A stretch of 64,000 bases of DNA from Promethearchaeota archaeon. GTDB lineage: Archaea; Asgardarchaeota; Lokiarchaeia; Sigyniarchaeales; SOKP01. The notes under the pieces were generated by a model. It did not search any database. It had not been told where the DNA came from and worked only from the letters and a program-made list of their open reading frames with translations. The stretch is from the NCBI GenBank assembly GCA_048941015.1, contig JBHLNZ010000007.1, positions 17,731-81,730 of the forward strand. Reading direction: 5' to 3'. Below, one piece after another: positions 9,514-19,168 of the stretch (position 1 is the stretch's first letter; each line of letters opens with the position of its first letter). Both the position numbers and the translations under genes were made by a program.

Positions 9514-9969
9514 TTATCTACCCCTTCTCATTAATTCATTTTCTTTAATATAACGATGCATTTGTGAAACACTATTAAACATCCCGCCTTTTGCATTTTT
9601 ATATAATTTTCTGTAAGTAGCTGTCGTAATTAATTTGCGATCTCTCAATTTTTTCAATTCTCGCCTCTGAGGTCGAATTTTTCTTATCCATGCAGTCTTT
9701 TTAGGCGTTCTAGCATGTTTCTTTCCTTTTCTTTTTCCAAGTCCTCTAGCTCGTCCTCTCTTTTTTCTTTCATGGTTAATTGTTTTTCGATATTTTGAAA
9801 TTCCTTTCTTATATTTCTTCTTTATAACCCCTTCTTTAATTAAATTACGTATATCTTCGCGTGTGATTGCCATTTGAATATCTTCTATTAGATACGGATC
9901 GAAATAAATCCTATTTTCTCCACATTTCAGTATTTCTGCTGCTATCCTTTTTTGGGCTTTTAAACTCAT
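9514..9969 (-). CDS. rpl19e: 50S ribosomal protein eL19
   Basis: LKAQKRIAAEILKCG, ITREDIRNLI, GKRKGKKHAR. Confidence 0.97.
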   Translation of the reverse strand: MSLKAQKRIAAEILKCGENRIYFDPYLIEDIQMAITREDIRNLIKEGVIKKKYKKGISKYRKTINHERKKRGRARGLGKRKGKKHARTPKKTAWIRKIRPQRRELKKLRDRKLITTATYRKLYKNAKGGMFNSVSQMHRYIKENELMRRGR

Positions 9970-9991
9970 AAATTATCACTTACTTATTTAA

Positions 9992-10471
9992 TTAATCCTC
10001 ATCAATTAAATCTTCTAAATCTTCAGTATCTATATATTCTTCATCCTCAATAGAAGATTCTAACATAGATTCTAAACTTGCTAATTCCTTATGTGATATT
10101 CCTACATTAAGGACCTTAAAACCTCTATTTTGAACGTAATCAATCAAAGATATTCTTTTTTTAGCACCTAACTTACCTGCTATTCTTATTGCATGTTTTT
10201 TATTATTTAGACCGATTAAATCTTTTTTATTGAATATTCTAACTTCTTCATAACCCGATGGATGTAAACCCCTCACTTTTTTAGGATTTCTATAACCCAC
10301 TGTTGGAGATTTTACACCAGTTTTTGTCTTTTTTCTGGTTTGAGAATCAATTCCTCTTGATTTTCTCCAAGAATCTTTCACTCTTATATATCTCCAAGAT
10401 TCTACTCTCTTAAAAGAAGGTCTTTTCTTATTATTTCTTTTTCTAATTTCTAATAGCCTTTTTTGATTCAC
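9992..10471 (-). CDS. rpl32e: 50S ribosomal protein eL32
   Basis: SWRKSRGIDS, VGYRNPKKVRGLHPSG; GTG start; acidic C-tail. Confidence 0.96.
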   Translation of the reverse strand: MNQKRLLEIRKRNNKKRPSFKRVESWRYIRVKDSWRKSRGIDSQTRKKTKTGVKSPTVGYRNPKKVRGLHPSGYEEVRIFNKKDLIGLNNKKHAIRIAGKLGAKKRISLIDYVQNRGFKVLNVGISHKELASLESMLESSIEDEEYIDTEDLEDLIDED

Positions 10472-10483
10472 AGTTTATCACCT

Positions 10484-11062
10484 TTATTTTATTTGCCATA
10501 AAATTTCATTTTCGAGTTGAATTTTATATAAATAAACCCCATCTTGAAAAACCCTTGGATCTTTCTTCCTTATTCTACAACATCTTTTAAGATTTGCAGC
10601 AGTTTGACCAAGAGTTTCTTTATCCGGTCCAATTAAAACAATATCATCTCCATCGATCTGAACAGAAACGTTATTTAAACATTTTGTAATTCTTGGTGCT
10701 CTTTCTCCTAAGAAATTCACAATATGTATTTCACTTTTATCTTTTTTTACCTCCGCGTTGAAAGGAAAATGACTATAACAAATTTTACAATAATATTTAT
10801 AATTTTTTTGAACTCCGATGATTAAATTCTTAATTAAATTGTATATTGTTTTTATTAATGCTAAGGTATTACCTTTAGGGAAATATGTTGAAAAAATAAT
10901 CTTATTATCTTTTATTAAAACTTTTATTCCTTTAATATGAGAGAAATCTTTTGTAATTTGACCATTTGGTCCTTTAACTGTTATATGGTGATTTCCATCT
11001 AAAGTCACTTGAACACCTCTAGGAATCTCTAATTCTTCCTCAACAAATGCCGTTTTTACCAT
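10484..11062 (-). CDS. rpl6: 50S ribosomal protein uL6
   Basis: VKGPNG, YSHFP, NFLGE, KDPRVFQDGVY. Confidence 0.97.
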   Translation of the reverse strand: MVKTAFVEEELEIPRGVQVTLDGNHHITVKGPNGQITKDFSHIKGIKVLIKDNKIIFSTYFPKGNTLALIKTIYNLIKNLIIGVQKNYKYYCKICYSHFPFNAEVKKDKSEIHIVNFLGERAPRITKCLNNVSVQIDGDDIVLIGPDKETLGQTAANLKRCCRIRKKDPRVFQDGVYLYKIQLENEILWQIK

Positions 11063-11084
11063 TATATACCACCTAATAATTTTA

Positions 11085-11483
11085 TTAATAAATATAACAC
11101 AAGGTCATTCCACCAATTTGTTTTTCTTCTGCTTCATTGATGGTCATTATTCCTTGATTCGTCGTTAATATTATAGTACCTAATCCTGGAGCAGGAAGTA
11201 ACTTACGTTCCAACGTTTCAAATTGAGAAACCTTATAATTTAAACGCATAAGTCCTCTACATTCATTTATTTTTCCCAATAAAGCTATCTTAAACTTTCC
11301 TTGACGTCCATCATCATATCTTTCAAATTCTCCTATGTATGCCTTTTGCTGAAATATTCTTAAAACTTTTTGAATTAGCGTACTAGCTGGACTGATAATC
11401 ACTTCCTTTTTTTTTGCCTTTTCAGCGTTTTTTAAAATATTACAAGCATCATTTAATGTATTTGTCATATTTTTCACTCTCAA
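11085..11483 (-). CDS. rps8: 30S ribosomal protein uS8
   Basis: YIGEFE..DDGRQG, LLPA, ILTTNQGIM; true start likely MTNTL. Confidence 0.96.
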   Translation of the reverse strand: MRVKNMTNTLNDACNILKNAEKAKKKEVIISPASTLIQKVLRIFQQKAYIGEFERYDDGRQGKFKIALLGKINECRGLMRLNYKVSQFETLERKLLPAPGLGTIILTTNQGIMTINEAEEKQIGGMTLCYIY

Positions 11484-11494
11484 ATTATTTTTAT

Positions 11495-11644
11495 TTACTC
11501 ATATCGATGAAAACCAATTTCTTTTCCTATTTCATAGAAACATCGACGACATATATATAAGCCATACCTTCTGATAACTCCTCTATGGGTTCCACATCTC
11601 CTACATGATCGTTGCCCTTTACCGCTATTTTTTCCTTGTGGCAA
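11495..11644 (-). CDS. rps14: 30S ribosomal protein uS14 (zinc-binding)
   Basis: Missed by ORF track. TTG start: [49 protein letters not shown]; expected slot between uL5 and uS8 (alternative in-frame ATG at 11653). Confidence 0.95.
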   Translation of the reverse strand: MPQGKNSGKGQRSCRRCGTHRGVIRRYGLYICRRCFYEIGKEIGFHRYE

Positions 11645-11688
11645 TAAAATCATCCTTTTTTCTTAAATTATTTTTTAAATTTTTAAAT

Positions 11689-12294
11689 TTACAAAAATTC
11701 TAAATCAAGTTTATCAACAATTTTAACTCCAAAATTTTTTTCTAAAAAATATTGGGCTTCTATGCGAGAAATATAATGCTCTTTTGAAATTTTTGATCTC
11801 CCTTTTTTTCGATACTTAATTCTCATCCCTGGTCGAGCAATTCGACCAACTACATCCAAACCCCATATACCAATTAAATTGTCGTAATCGATTCCTGGTA
11901 TGGTTATATGTTCTGTAATTCCAAACCCGAAATTACCATAATTATCAAAACTCTTACGTAAAATTTTATTGTTATTTACTATTAGAAGTCTCTTTAATAA
12001 CTTTTCAGCTTCTTTTTTTCTTACGGTCACCTTGGTTCCGATGGGACGTCCTTTACGTAGATTAAATTCTTTGACATTTTTCTTAGAAATTGTTTTTATA
12101 GGTTTCTTGCCAGTAATAGTTTCTAAAACAGTTGAAGCTCTTTCGAGTTCTTCACCTCCTGCACCCACACCAATATTTAAAACTAATTTCTCCAAAAAGG
12201 GTCTTTTCATTGGATTGCTCCAAATTTCATCAAACTTTTTTGCTTGAATCCGTTGAATTTCTCCCTTAGCCTTAGTTGACATATTAATAATCAC
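11689..12294 (-). CDS. rpl5: 50S ribosomal protein uL5
   Basis: NPMKRP..EKLVLNIGVG, GNFGFGITEHI, RPGMRI. Confidence 0.97.
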   Translation of the reverse strand: MIINMSTKAKGEIQRIQAKKFDEIWSNPMKRPFLEKLVLNIGVGAGGEELERASTVLETITGKKPIKTISKKNVKEFNLRKGRPIGTKVTVRKKEAEKLLKRLLIVNNNKILRKSFDNYGNFGFGITEHITIPGIDYDNLIGIWGLDVVGRIARPGMRIKYRKKGRSKISKEHYISRIEAQYFLEKNFGVKIVDKLDLEFL

Positions 12295-12311
12295 ATAAAA
12301 TTTATCTATTT

Positions 12312-13067
12312 TTAATTCTTAACTTTAGGTATATTAATTTCTGATTGATCTTCTCCAATTATGAATGTATAATCATACAATGTTTCAGTATGTTCTGAAT
12401 TATGTTGAATGGAAACTGTACTTGCCTTAGGTCCGAATCGCTTTAAAATGTTAACTATTTTTCCTATTTGACCGATATTTTTTCCTGACATGATAATGGC
12501 TAAGTTTCCTTCTTTAAATTTTAATAATTTAAGAACTTCCTGTTCGGGTATAGAAATTTTCAATACATCCATTCTTTTATAAATATCTTCTTTTGGATTT
12601 TTTGGATCTTTTATTTGAATAAGAATATTTCTTCCATCATGTAAATTTAATTGAATATTTCCTCCTTTAATTGAAGTTTTTTGATTGATCCTACATAATT
12701 TAAAATTACTTTCCTTTTCAGATATCTCGTTTAAAATTAATCCATAATGAGAATCTGGAAGAACTCTGTAATACTTCTTCATTTTCTCTATACTCAATAC
12801 ATCCATTAAACCTACGGGATATGATTTATCCGTGATAACTTTTCCGTCTATTTTAAAGTAGCCTAAACCAATTAATTTCTTTGCTTCTCTATGATTATCA
12901 ACAATTCTAAGAAGATCTCTAACTATATGGAGTAATGGTAAACAAAATCGGCTAGCATGTGGCCCTGGTGATGGTTTAACAAAAAATTTACCATGTTTTT
13001 TTCTAATTTGTAAATACTTCGGAGTATTAAGACGTTTTAAAGTTTTTTGGCCGCCATGTCTTGTCAT
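12312..13067 (-). CDS. rps4e: 30S ribosomal protein eS4
   Basis: KPSPGPH, YPVGLMDV, QLNLHDGRN. Confidence 0.97.
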   Translation of the reverse strand: MTRHGGQKTLKRLNTPKYLQIRKKHGKFFVKPSPGPHASRFCLPLLHIVRDLLRIVDNHREAKKLIGLGYFKIDGKVITDKSYPVGLMDVLSIEKMKKYYRVLPDSHYGLILNEISEKESNFKLCRINQKTSIKGGNIQLNLHDGRNILIQIKDPKNPKEDIYKRMDVLKISIPEQEVLKLLKFKEGNLAIIMSGKNIGQIGKIVNILKRFGPKASTVSIQHNSEHTETLYDYTFIIGEDQSEINIPKVKN

Positions 13068-13499
13068 TTATTTCTCACCTTCTTTTTTTAATTTTTTTGG
13101 TGCCTCAATGAGTTCTTCTTTAATTCCATATATTGCTTTTCTCTCAATAACACTTGCTCGCCAAGGGTCCATTTTTTTCTCATCTTTAAACTTAGTTATC
13201 ACTAAATTTGAGATATGAATAGCGGGGTGAAATTGAGTACCATCTACCTTCTCAAAAACAGCTTCTTTAATCTTAGCTCTTTGATTCTTAAGAATTTCTG
13301 TAACTTCCCCTTCAAAATCCTTAAATTCTCCTCTTACTACTCTAACTTGATCCCCAACCCTGAGCGGAAGAGTTTTAATTCCATAGTCTTCTCTTAAAAA
13401 ATCCGCTACTCTTGTTGATAATAATTTAGATCTTTGATGATTTCTATAATTAAATAATGCTTTCCTTTGCACCCGAGGGCTTTTTGATCTAATTTTCAT
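13068..13499 (-). CDS. rpl24: 50S ribosomal protein uL24
   Basis: SPRVQRK, LRVGDQVRVVRG (KOW), IHISNLVIT. Confidence 0.96.
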   Translation of the reverse strand: MKIRSKSPRVQRKALFNYRNHQRSKLLSTRVADFLREDYGIKTLPLRVGDQVRVVRGEFKDFEGEVTEILKNQRAKIKEAVFEKVDGTQFHPAIHISNLVITKFKDEKKMDPWRASVIERKAIYGIKEELIEAPKKLKKEGEK

Positions 13500-13523
13500 A
13501 ACATTTACACATCCTATTTAGCT

Positions 13524-13949
13524 TTATATAATTAAGGAGGATATTGAGGCTAATCGAGGGAATAGTTCAGCGGCTTCTCTAGCAATTGGTCCTCTAATTT
13601 CAGTACCTTTTGGATCTCCTTCTTTTGTAATTATAACTCCTGCGTTATCTTCAAAACATAGTCGAGTACCATCGATGCGTTTATAGATCATTTTCTGACG
13701 AACTATTACTGCTTTCATAATATTACCTCTTAACTCTGGGCGACCCTTCTTAATTGTGACAGAACATACTGAACCTACAGTAGCTTTAGGCAGTCTTCTT
13801 AATCTTGTTTTTGCGTGATCAACGTTAATAATTTGAGCTATTTTTCCTCCAGAATTATCAGTTATAAAAATTCTTGTTCCATTTTGTAATCCATAGCTCG
13901 TCCTAGGTTTTACCATTTTTTTACGTCCTGTCTTTCTACGAGTTCCCAT
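13524..13949 (-). CDS. rpl14: 50S ribosomal protein uL14
   Basis: DNSGGK, AVIVRQ, FEDNAGVI, GPIAREAA. Confidence 0.97.
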   Translation of the reverse strand: MGTRRKTGRKKMVKPRTSYGLQNGTRIFITDNSGGKIAQIINVDHAKTRLRRLPKATVGSVCSVTIKKGRPELRGNIMKAVIVRQKMIYKRIDGTRLCFEDNAGVIITKEGDPKGTEIRGPIAREAAELFPRLASISSLII

Positions 13950-14300
13950 TTACTCTCCCTCCCGTGAAATTTTTTCTAATACTATAAAAGCTTTAGATTT
14001 TGAAATTTTTCTACTTTCTCCTACTCTAACTAAATCTCCGATATTAATCTCATTTCTTAAACATTCTGGTAAATGAGATGGAAGACGTGAATTGCGTCTT
14101 TCGTATCTTTGATACTTTTTTACAAATTGAACATAATCTTGTCTAATAATAACGGTATTCCTTGATTTTTTGCTCACAACAACACCTTTAGTAATTTTTC
14201 CCCTTATTCTTGTCGTTCCATGAAAAGGACAATTTTGATCGCTACATTCCTTTGCTTTTGGGGGATTCACTCCAGGAATACCAATATTTCGAACACTCAT
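13950..14300 (-). CDS. rps17: 30S ribosomal protein uS17
   Basis: CSDQNCPFHG, KYQRYERR, GESRKISKSK. Confidence 0.97.
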   Translation of the reverse strand: MSVRNIGIPGVNPPKAKECSDQNCPFHGTTRIRGKITKGVVVSKKSRNTVIIRQDYVQFVKKYQRYERRNSRLPSHLPECLRNEINIGDLVRVGESRKISKSKAFIVLEKISREGE

Positions 14301-14301
14301 T

Positions 14302-14595
14302 TTACTTTTTCAACCACTTTTTCTTTTTTAGGCTTCTAAGTCTATTTTCTGGAAGCCCTACGATTTTCAAACCATTTACTTCCAGATTTTCTCCATTTAA
14401 TTTGAATCTGAAGATATAATTTTTCTTTACATACTTTCTTATGATATTTCTTTTTTTAGTAACCAACATATTTTGAGTTTCATCAATAATGATACCGATA
14501 TCTCGAAAATTTGAGTCTTTTGTTTTTGATCTAAGTCTTGCGTAAACTTGGAAACCAATTAAATCATGATAGATCAAATATTTCGGACTTATCAT
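14302..14595 (-). CDS. rnp1: ribonuclease P protein component 1 (Rpp29)
   Basis: HDLIG...GIIIDETQNML...GLPENRL; canonical slot between uL29 and uS17. Confidence 0.9.
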   Translation of the reverse strand: MISPKYLIYHDLIGFQVYARLRSKTKDSNFRDIGIIIDETQNMLVTKKRNIIRKYVKKNYIFRFKLNGENLEVNGLKIVGLPENRLRSLKKKKWLKK

Positions 14596-14795
14596 CTTCT
14601 CTCCTCGTTTTTAACTGTAAGAATTCGGGCAATTTGCTTCTTTATTAATTTTGCTTTTGCGGGATTATCAGATATACCTCCTCCTGTTTGCATGCTATAT
14701 AATAACATCAATTCTTCTCTTAAATTAATTAATGTACGTTCTCTTTCTCTCTCATCCATTTTTCGTACCTTTTCAGCAGTTATGATATCTACCAT
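14592..14795 (-). CDS. rpl29: 50S ribosomal protein uL29
   Basis: LREEL...NPAKAKLIKKQIARILTV. Confidence 0.94.
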   Translation of the reverse strand: MVDIITAEKVRKMDERERERTLINLREELMLLYSMQTGGGISDNPAKAKLIKKQIARILTVKNEERR

Positions 14796-14814
14796 CTTTA
14801 ATCATACCTTTTTA

Positions 14815-15630
14815 TTACTTTTTCTTCTTTTTTTCTTTCTTTGAGTCTTTCTCAATTTCTTCATCTGGTTCAAGAGATATTTCTGAAATATCTTCTTCAT
14901 CTACTTCATCTAATAGTTCTCTATCCTCATCACTGAGTTCTCCTTCTTCTGTAATTTCGTAATCTTTTTCTACAATTTCCTCTATTCTAGTTTTGGTAGT
15001 TTTAGCCTCCGCTTTTGCTTGAGCTTTACTCAATTTTTCATCGAGGACTGTTATATCATCACCCATTTTAGTATCAGCACTCATAATTTTTACTATAACA
15101 CCTAAAACACCTGATTTTTGAATACATTGTGCTACTCCTTTATCTACTCCTACTTGAGCTGGTTGACCTGATTTGGACATAGTTCCTGCGCGGAATATCT
15201 GAGTACGTGCACGTTGTGAAGTCACTTTCCCAGATATTATTATTTCAACACCTCTAGCTCCTGCATCCATAACTTTTCTTAAAATATAATATCCTGCTCG
15301 CCTATAGTGGCGACCTCTGTCTAGGGAGTAAGCTAATCTTTCAGCCATTATTTGAGCATCTAAATCTGGATTGCTAACTTCTTCCACCTCAATTTGTGGC
15401 ATTTCTAAGCCGAATCGATCTTGCAGTACGTCGGTAATTTCTTGTATTCTTTTTCCTCCTCTGCCTATTACGAGTCCTGGGCGTGATGTTTTCAAAGTAA
15501 TTCTAACACCAAGTGGAGTCTTTTGTAAGTCAACACCAGCAAATCCTGCTCGAATCAATTCAGATCTCAAATATTCATTAATTTGCATTAATTTTATACC
15601 CTGCTCAATGAAATGTTTCGATAACGGCAT
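14815..15630 (-). CDS. rps3: 30S ribosomal protein uS3
   Basis: RPGLVIGRGG KH domain, GARGVEIIISGK; long acidic C-terminal extension. Confidence 0.97.
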   Translation of the reverse strand: MPLSKHFIEQGIKLMQINEYLRSELIRAGFAGVDLQKTPLGVRITLKTSRPGLVIGRGGKRIQEITDVLQDRFGLEMPQIEVEEVSNPDLDAQIMAERLAYSLDRGRHYRRAGYYILRKVMDAGARGVEIIISGKVTSQRARTQIFRAGTMSKSGQPAQVGVDKGVAQCIQKSGVLGVIVKIMSADTKMGDDITVLDEKLSKAQAKAEAKTTKTRIEEIVEKDYEITEEGELSDEDRELLDEVDEEDISEISLEPDEEIEKDSKKEKKKKK

Positions 15631-15676
15631 TGTTGATAACTTTATTATTATTATTTTATTATTATTTTTTAATTAC

Positions 15677-16156
15677 CTAACTTGGAAATTCATATATGAT
15701 AATTTCAACGTGGCTTAAATACTTGAATTTTGCTGATGAACGCCCGTGGGCGCGTTGAATATATCTTTTTATGATTCTTCCTCTATGAGTCGCTGCATGA
15801 ATAATTCTACATAATTCTATATCTAAACCCTTATATTCTGCATTAGATTCAACAGAGGTAAGAATTTCATATATACGGGCTGCTGTTTTTTGAGGAAATC
15901 TTCCTGCATACCACTTAAATTGCTTTAAATCTTTCCTGTGTGCCTGTTTTTTTTTATATTTTCTGAAGGGAACAGATTGTTTTAATTGTATAACTTTTTC
16001 TAAAAAATTTTTAGCTTGCTCTACTTTCATTCCCTTTATTACAGCACAAATTTCCCTAGCATGCTTTGGTTTTATCCTTAAATCTCTACCTGATGCTTTA
16101 GCTAATCTATCAGCATCATATTTTTGTTCTGTGAATGAATATCCCCAGTTTGGCAT
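15677..16156 (-). CDS. rpl22: 50S ribosomal protein uL22
   Basis: KHAREIC, GRFPQK, NAEYKGLD, RAHGR. Confidence 0.97.
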   Translation of the reverse strand: MPNWGYSFTEQKYDADRLAKASGRDLRIKPKHAREICAVIKGMKVEQAKNFLEKVIQLKQSVPFRKYKKKQAHRKDLKQFKWYAGRFPQKTAARIYEILTSVESNAEYKGLDIELCRIIHAATHRGRIIKRYIQRAHGRSSAKFKYLSHVEIIIYEFPS

Positions 16157-16194
16157 TTTATTACATCTCAGTTATTTATTTTTATATTAATTAC

Positions 16195-16728
16195 TTACTT
16201 CAATGGAACATATTTACTCGATCGTGTTGCTCCTATACCAGGACTTCCATGTTGCACCCTTCTTCTTGTTAAAGAAAACTCGCCTAAGTAGTGTCCAATC
16301 ATTTCTGGCTTAACCTCTAATGTTTCAAAAGATTGGCCATTATAAACACCTATTTTTAATCCCACCATCTCTGGAAAGATTAACATGTCGCGGACATGTG
16401 TTCGGGTGAGGAGATCTTTGCCTCTTTTTTTAGCTCGATATGCTCTTCTTAGTCTTTCAAGTAATTTTTTTTGTCTTGGAGGTAAACCGCGCCTCAAAGA
16501 TCTTCTTGCTCTTGCAGGAAGCAATTGTATAAATTGATCCATATTCATCTTTTTTAATTCATCAATAGTATAGCCGCGATAATGAAAACGTAATCGATCT
16601 AATTCTTTTTCGGCATCTAATTCTTCCGATCCTTCTTCTTCGTCAAGTTCTTCGATAATTTCTTCAGTTTGTTCTTCCTCTTCCAATTCTTCTAATTCTT
16701 TTTCATCAGGTTCTTCATTAGGAGCCAT
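16195..16728 (-). CDS. rps19: 30S ribosomal protein uS19
   Basis: [34 protein letters not shown]; acidic N-terminal extension. Confidence 0.97.
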   Translation of the reverse strand: MAPNEEPDEKELEELEEEEQTEEIIEELDEEEGSEELDAEKELDRLRFHYRGYTIDELKKMNMDQFIQLLPARARRSLRRGLPPRQKKLLERLRRAYRAKKRGKDLLTRTHVRDMLIFPEMVGLKIGVYNGQSFETLEVKPEMIGHYLGEFSLTRRRVQHGSPGIGATRSSKYVPLK

Positions 16729-16953
16729 TTTTCCACCAATCTATTTGTTCCATTTATTATATTTTGCTTAATTTTTACACTTTTATTATGACGTGTAAGA
16801 GGATTAGTTATCTATTAAATTTTAATTTTATTAAAACGAGAGAACTAAAAAACATAAAATTTAAAAGGTTGGCAGTTGAGTTCAAGTTTTTAGCGATGAT
16901 CTTAGAAGTAACAATTTTATCGATTAAAATGAGTGTTTAGACTTCTTTTTTTT

Positions 16954-17634
16954 TTAATAATTATGATAATTGTTCGGATTATAAACTCTTTCTATATCAT
17001 TTTCGTCAAAATTACCTTTCCATTCTTCCTTTATTAATGTGTATTCGTCCGGACTTTTATTTGGATTTATAATTGAATGATACATTAGTATATTATTTTT
17101 AATTGTTCTACCTTTTTCAACGAAATAATATATTCGGTTTCCATTAATAATTATAGGATTGCCTCCCAATATTTCCCATTTTTCGCTTCTGTTTTTATGG
17201 ATTTGTATAGAAATTCCCATTTCAGGTTTAATGTATATTAAATTATGCTTTGGATAGGTAAATTTTATGCTATACCATTTAGATAGAATGTCAATATACC
17301 CTTTCGGAACATTTTTTTTTCTTATAAATTCTTGGGAGTTGATTGCTTTTTTTTCTAAAAATTCATATTTATAAGGATTATAAATTGTTTTATGATTCGA
17401 AATGTTATGGCTATAGTTAATTTTAATTGTATCGTTTTTTTTATTTATTATCATATAAAATTGATTAGGCTTAATGATAAAGTCCGTTTGCTTTAAATTT
17501 TCAGTTAAAAAATTTATCCCATTAATTATAAAGATATTACTTATATTATTTTTATTAACTGAAATTATCAAATCTTGTTTTCCATTTTGTCTTAAGAGTG
17601 TCCCTCTTCCTGATTTTATAGATTCTTCAAACAT
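16954..17634 (-). CDS. cupin protein, mannose-6-phosphate isomerase type II C-terminal-like
   Basis: ISIQIHKNRSEKWEI...HSIIN...DENDIER. Confidence 0.65.
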   Translation of the reverse strand: MFEESIKSGRGTLLRQNGKQDLIISVNKNNISNIFIINGINFLTENLKQTDFIIKPNQFYMIINKKNDTIKINYSHNISNHKTIYNPYKYEFLEKKAINSQEFIRKKNVPKGYIDILSKWYSIKFTYPKHNLIYIKPEMGISIQIHKNRSEKWEILGGNPIIINGNRIYYFVEKGRTIKNNILMYHSIINPNKSPDEYTLIKEEWKGNFDENDIERVYNPNNYHNY

Positions 17635-17639
17635 AATAA

Positions 17640-18614
17640 TTATTCCAAATTGAATGATTTAATATATTTTCTATAACGTTCCTCAATCTCGTTAAAAAAG
17701 GGCATTGATTCTTGAGCTCCTTTCCTTGTTACTGCAATAGATGCAGCAGAAATAGCATATTTTACAGCATCAACTATATTTATCCCCTGATTAAGTTTAC
17801 TTGCTAATACGCCATTAAAGCAATCACCCGCTCCGACTGTGTCAATTGCTTGGACTTTATAAGCTGGGAGTAGAATTATTGAATCCTCAGTAGATTGATA
17901 AATAGCAGCGCCTCTAGCACCTAATGTAGTTATAACAGTTTTAACTCCAGTAGTTGTGATATCTTTGGAAATTTGTTTTATCTTATTTAATCCGTTAATG
18001 TGGACTTTTTTAAATCCTAATAAAGAATGTAATTGATATAATTCCCCTTCATTTGGAACAATGATATCGATATTTTTTAAGTTGTTGGATGTTAAGGGTT
18101 TTAAAGGCGCAGGGTTCAAAATCTTTATTAGATTTCCTATAGAAGCGATATTGTATATTTCTTGAATAGTTTCAAGGGGAATTTCCATTTGAACCATCAA
18201 GACTTTTGCTTTTTCTATAAGATCAGCACTTTTTTGTATATCTTCGACAGATAATTTCACATTTGCTCCTGGGGCCACACTAATCATATTTTCTCCATTT
18301 TCATCGATAATGATAAAAGCTATTCCACTTGCTTCTTTGGAATCTCTTATTATATTCTCAATATTAATACTTTCTTCTTTTAATTTAGAAAGCATTTCAT
18401 CCCCAAAAGTATCGATTCCCAGTTTTGCTATAAATTGTGTTTTTGATCCGGATCTAACAGAAGCAACTGCTTGATTAGCTCCTTTTCCTCCTAAAAATTG
18501 TTTAAATTTTCCTCCAGTGACAGTCTCTCCTGGTTTTGGGAGCCTTTTTATGTAGATATTGAGATCCATATTGCTTGAACCAATTATCAAAACATAACCA
18601 TCATGGTTTAACAC
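17640..18614 (-). CDS. rbsK: ribokinase (PfkB family)
   Basis: GSSNMD, GGKGANQAVA, NPAP, PNEGE, DTVGAGDCFNG. Confidence 0.92.
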   Translation of the reverse strand: MLNHDGYVLIIGSSNMDLNIYIKRLPKPGETVTGGKFKQFLGGKGANQAVASVRSGSKTQFIAKLGIDTFGDEMLSKLKEESINIENIIRDSKEASGIAFIIIDENGENMISVAPGANVKLSVEDIQKSADLIEKAKVLMVQMEIPLETIQEIYNIASIGNLIKILNPAPLKPLTSNNLKNIDIIVPNEGELYQLHSLLGFKKVHINGLNKIKQISKDITTTGVKTVITTLGARGAAIYQSTEDSIILLPAYKVQAIDTVGAGDCFNGVLASKLNQGINIVDAVKYAISAASIAVTRKGAQESMPFFNEIEERYRKYIKSFNLE

Positions 18615-18809
18615 ACCAAAACAACTCTTTTAATAAGCATTTATATTAGATTTTCTATTCTAATATACTATTTGTGGATCATCACAATTAAAATCATTTG
18701 ATTTGTATCGAATGGTTTTAATTGAATCATTTTTTAAATAGAAATATTAAGTAATTTTAAGTTACATCTAATCTTATAAAAGTTACAAAAACAGAAAAAA
18801 GTGATTAGA

Positions 18810-19136
18810 ATGGCAAAAGATAAGATTATTGGACTAATAGTTATGATTGTCGGCATCCTTATCGCCATTGTTTATACTATGGGAAGCATCATTGACTTAT
18901 GGTTTGAAACTCTAGGAGGCAATCCTGATTGGGATAATATTTTTATGGTATTCAATCACGATTGGCTTGATTGGAGATTATTTGTAGTACTTCCATTGTG
19001 GCTAATCGTTATTTTGATTTCCATTATCGCGATTTGGATTGGATATAGCATGCTCACCACTCCTGCTCCCGTTCCTTTAGAAGAACTTGAGGAAGAACTT
19101 GCCGCCGAAGAAGAAGCAGAAGAAAGCAGAGAATAA
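18810..19136 (+). CDS. two-TM membrane protein, DPM2/PIG-P-like
   Basis: DKIIG...IVYT / LPL...WIGYSMLTTPAP, acidic tail; ATG at 18810 (track begins 18801). Confidence 0.65.
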   Translation: MAKDKIIGLIVMIVGILIAIVYTMGSIIDLWFETLGGNPDWDNIFMVFNHDWLDWRLFVVLPLWLIVILISIIAIWIGYSMLTTPAPVPLEELEEELAAEEEAEESRE

Positions 19137-19168
19137 AATAACGTTAATTAAAAATTCTTTTTATTTTT

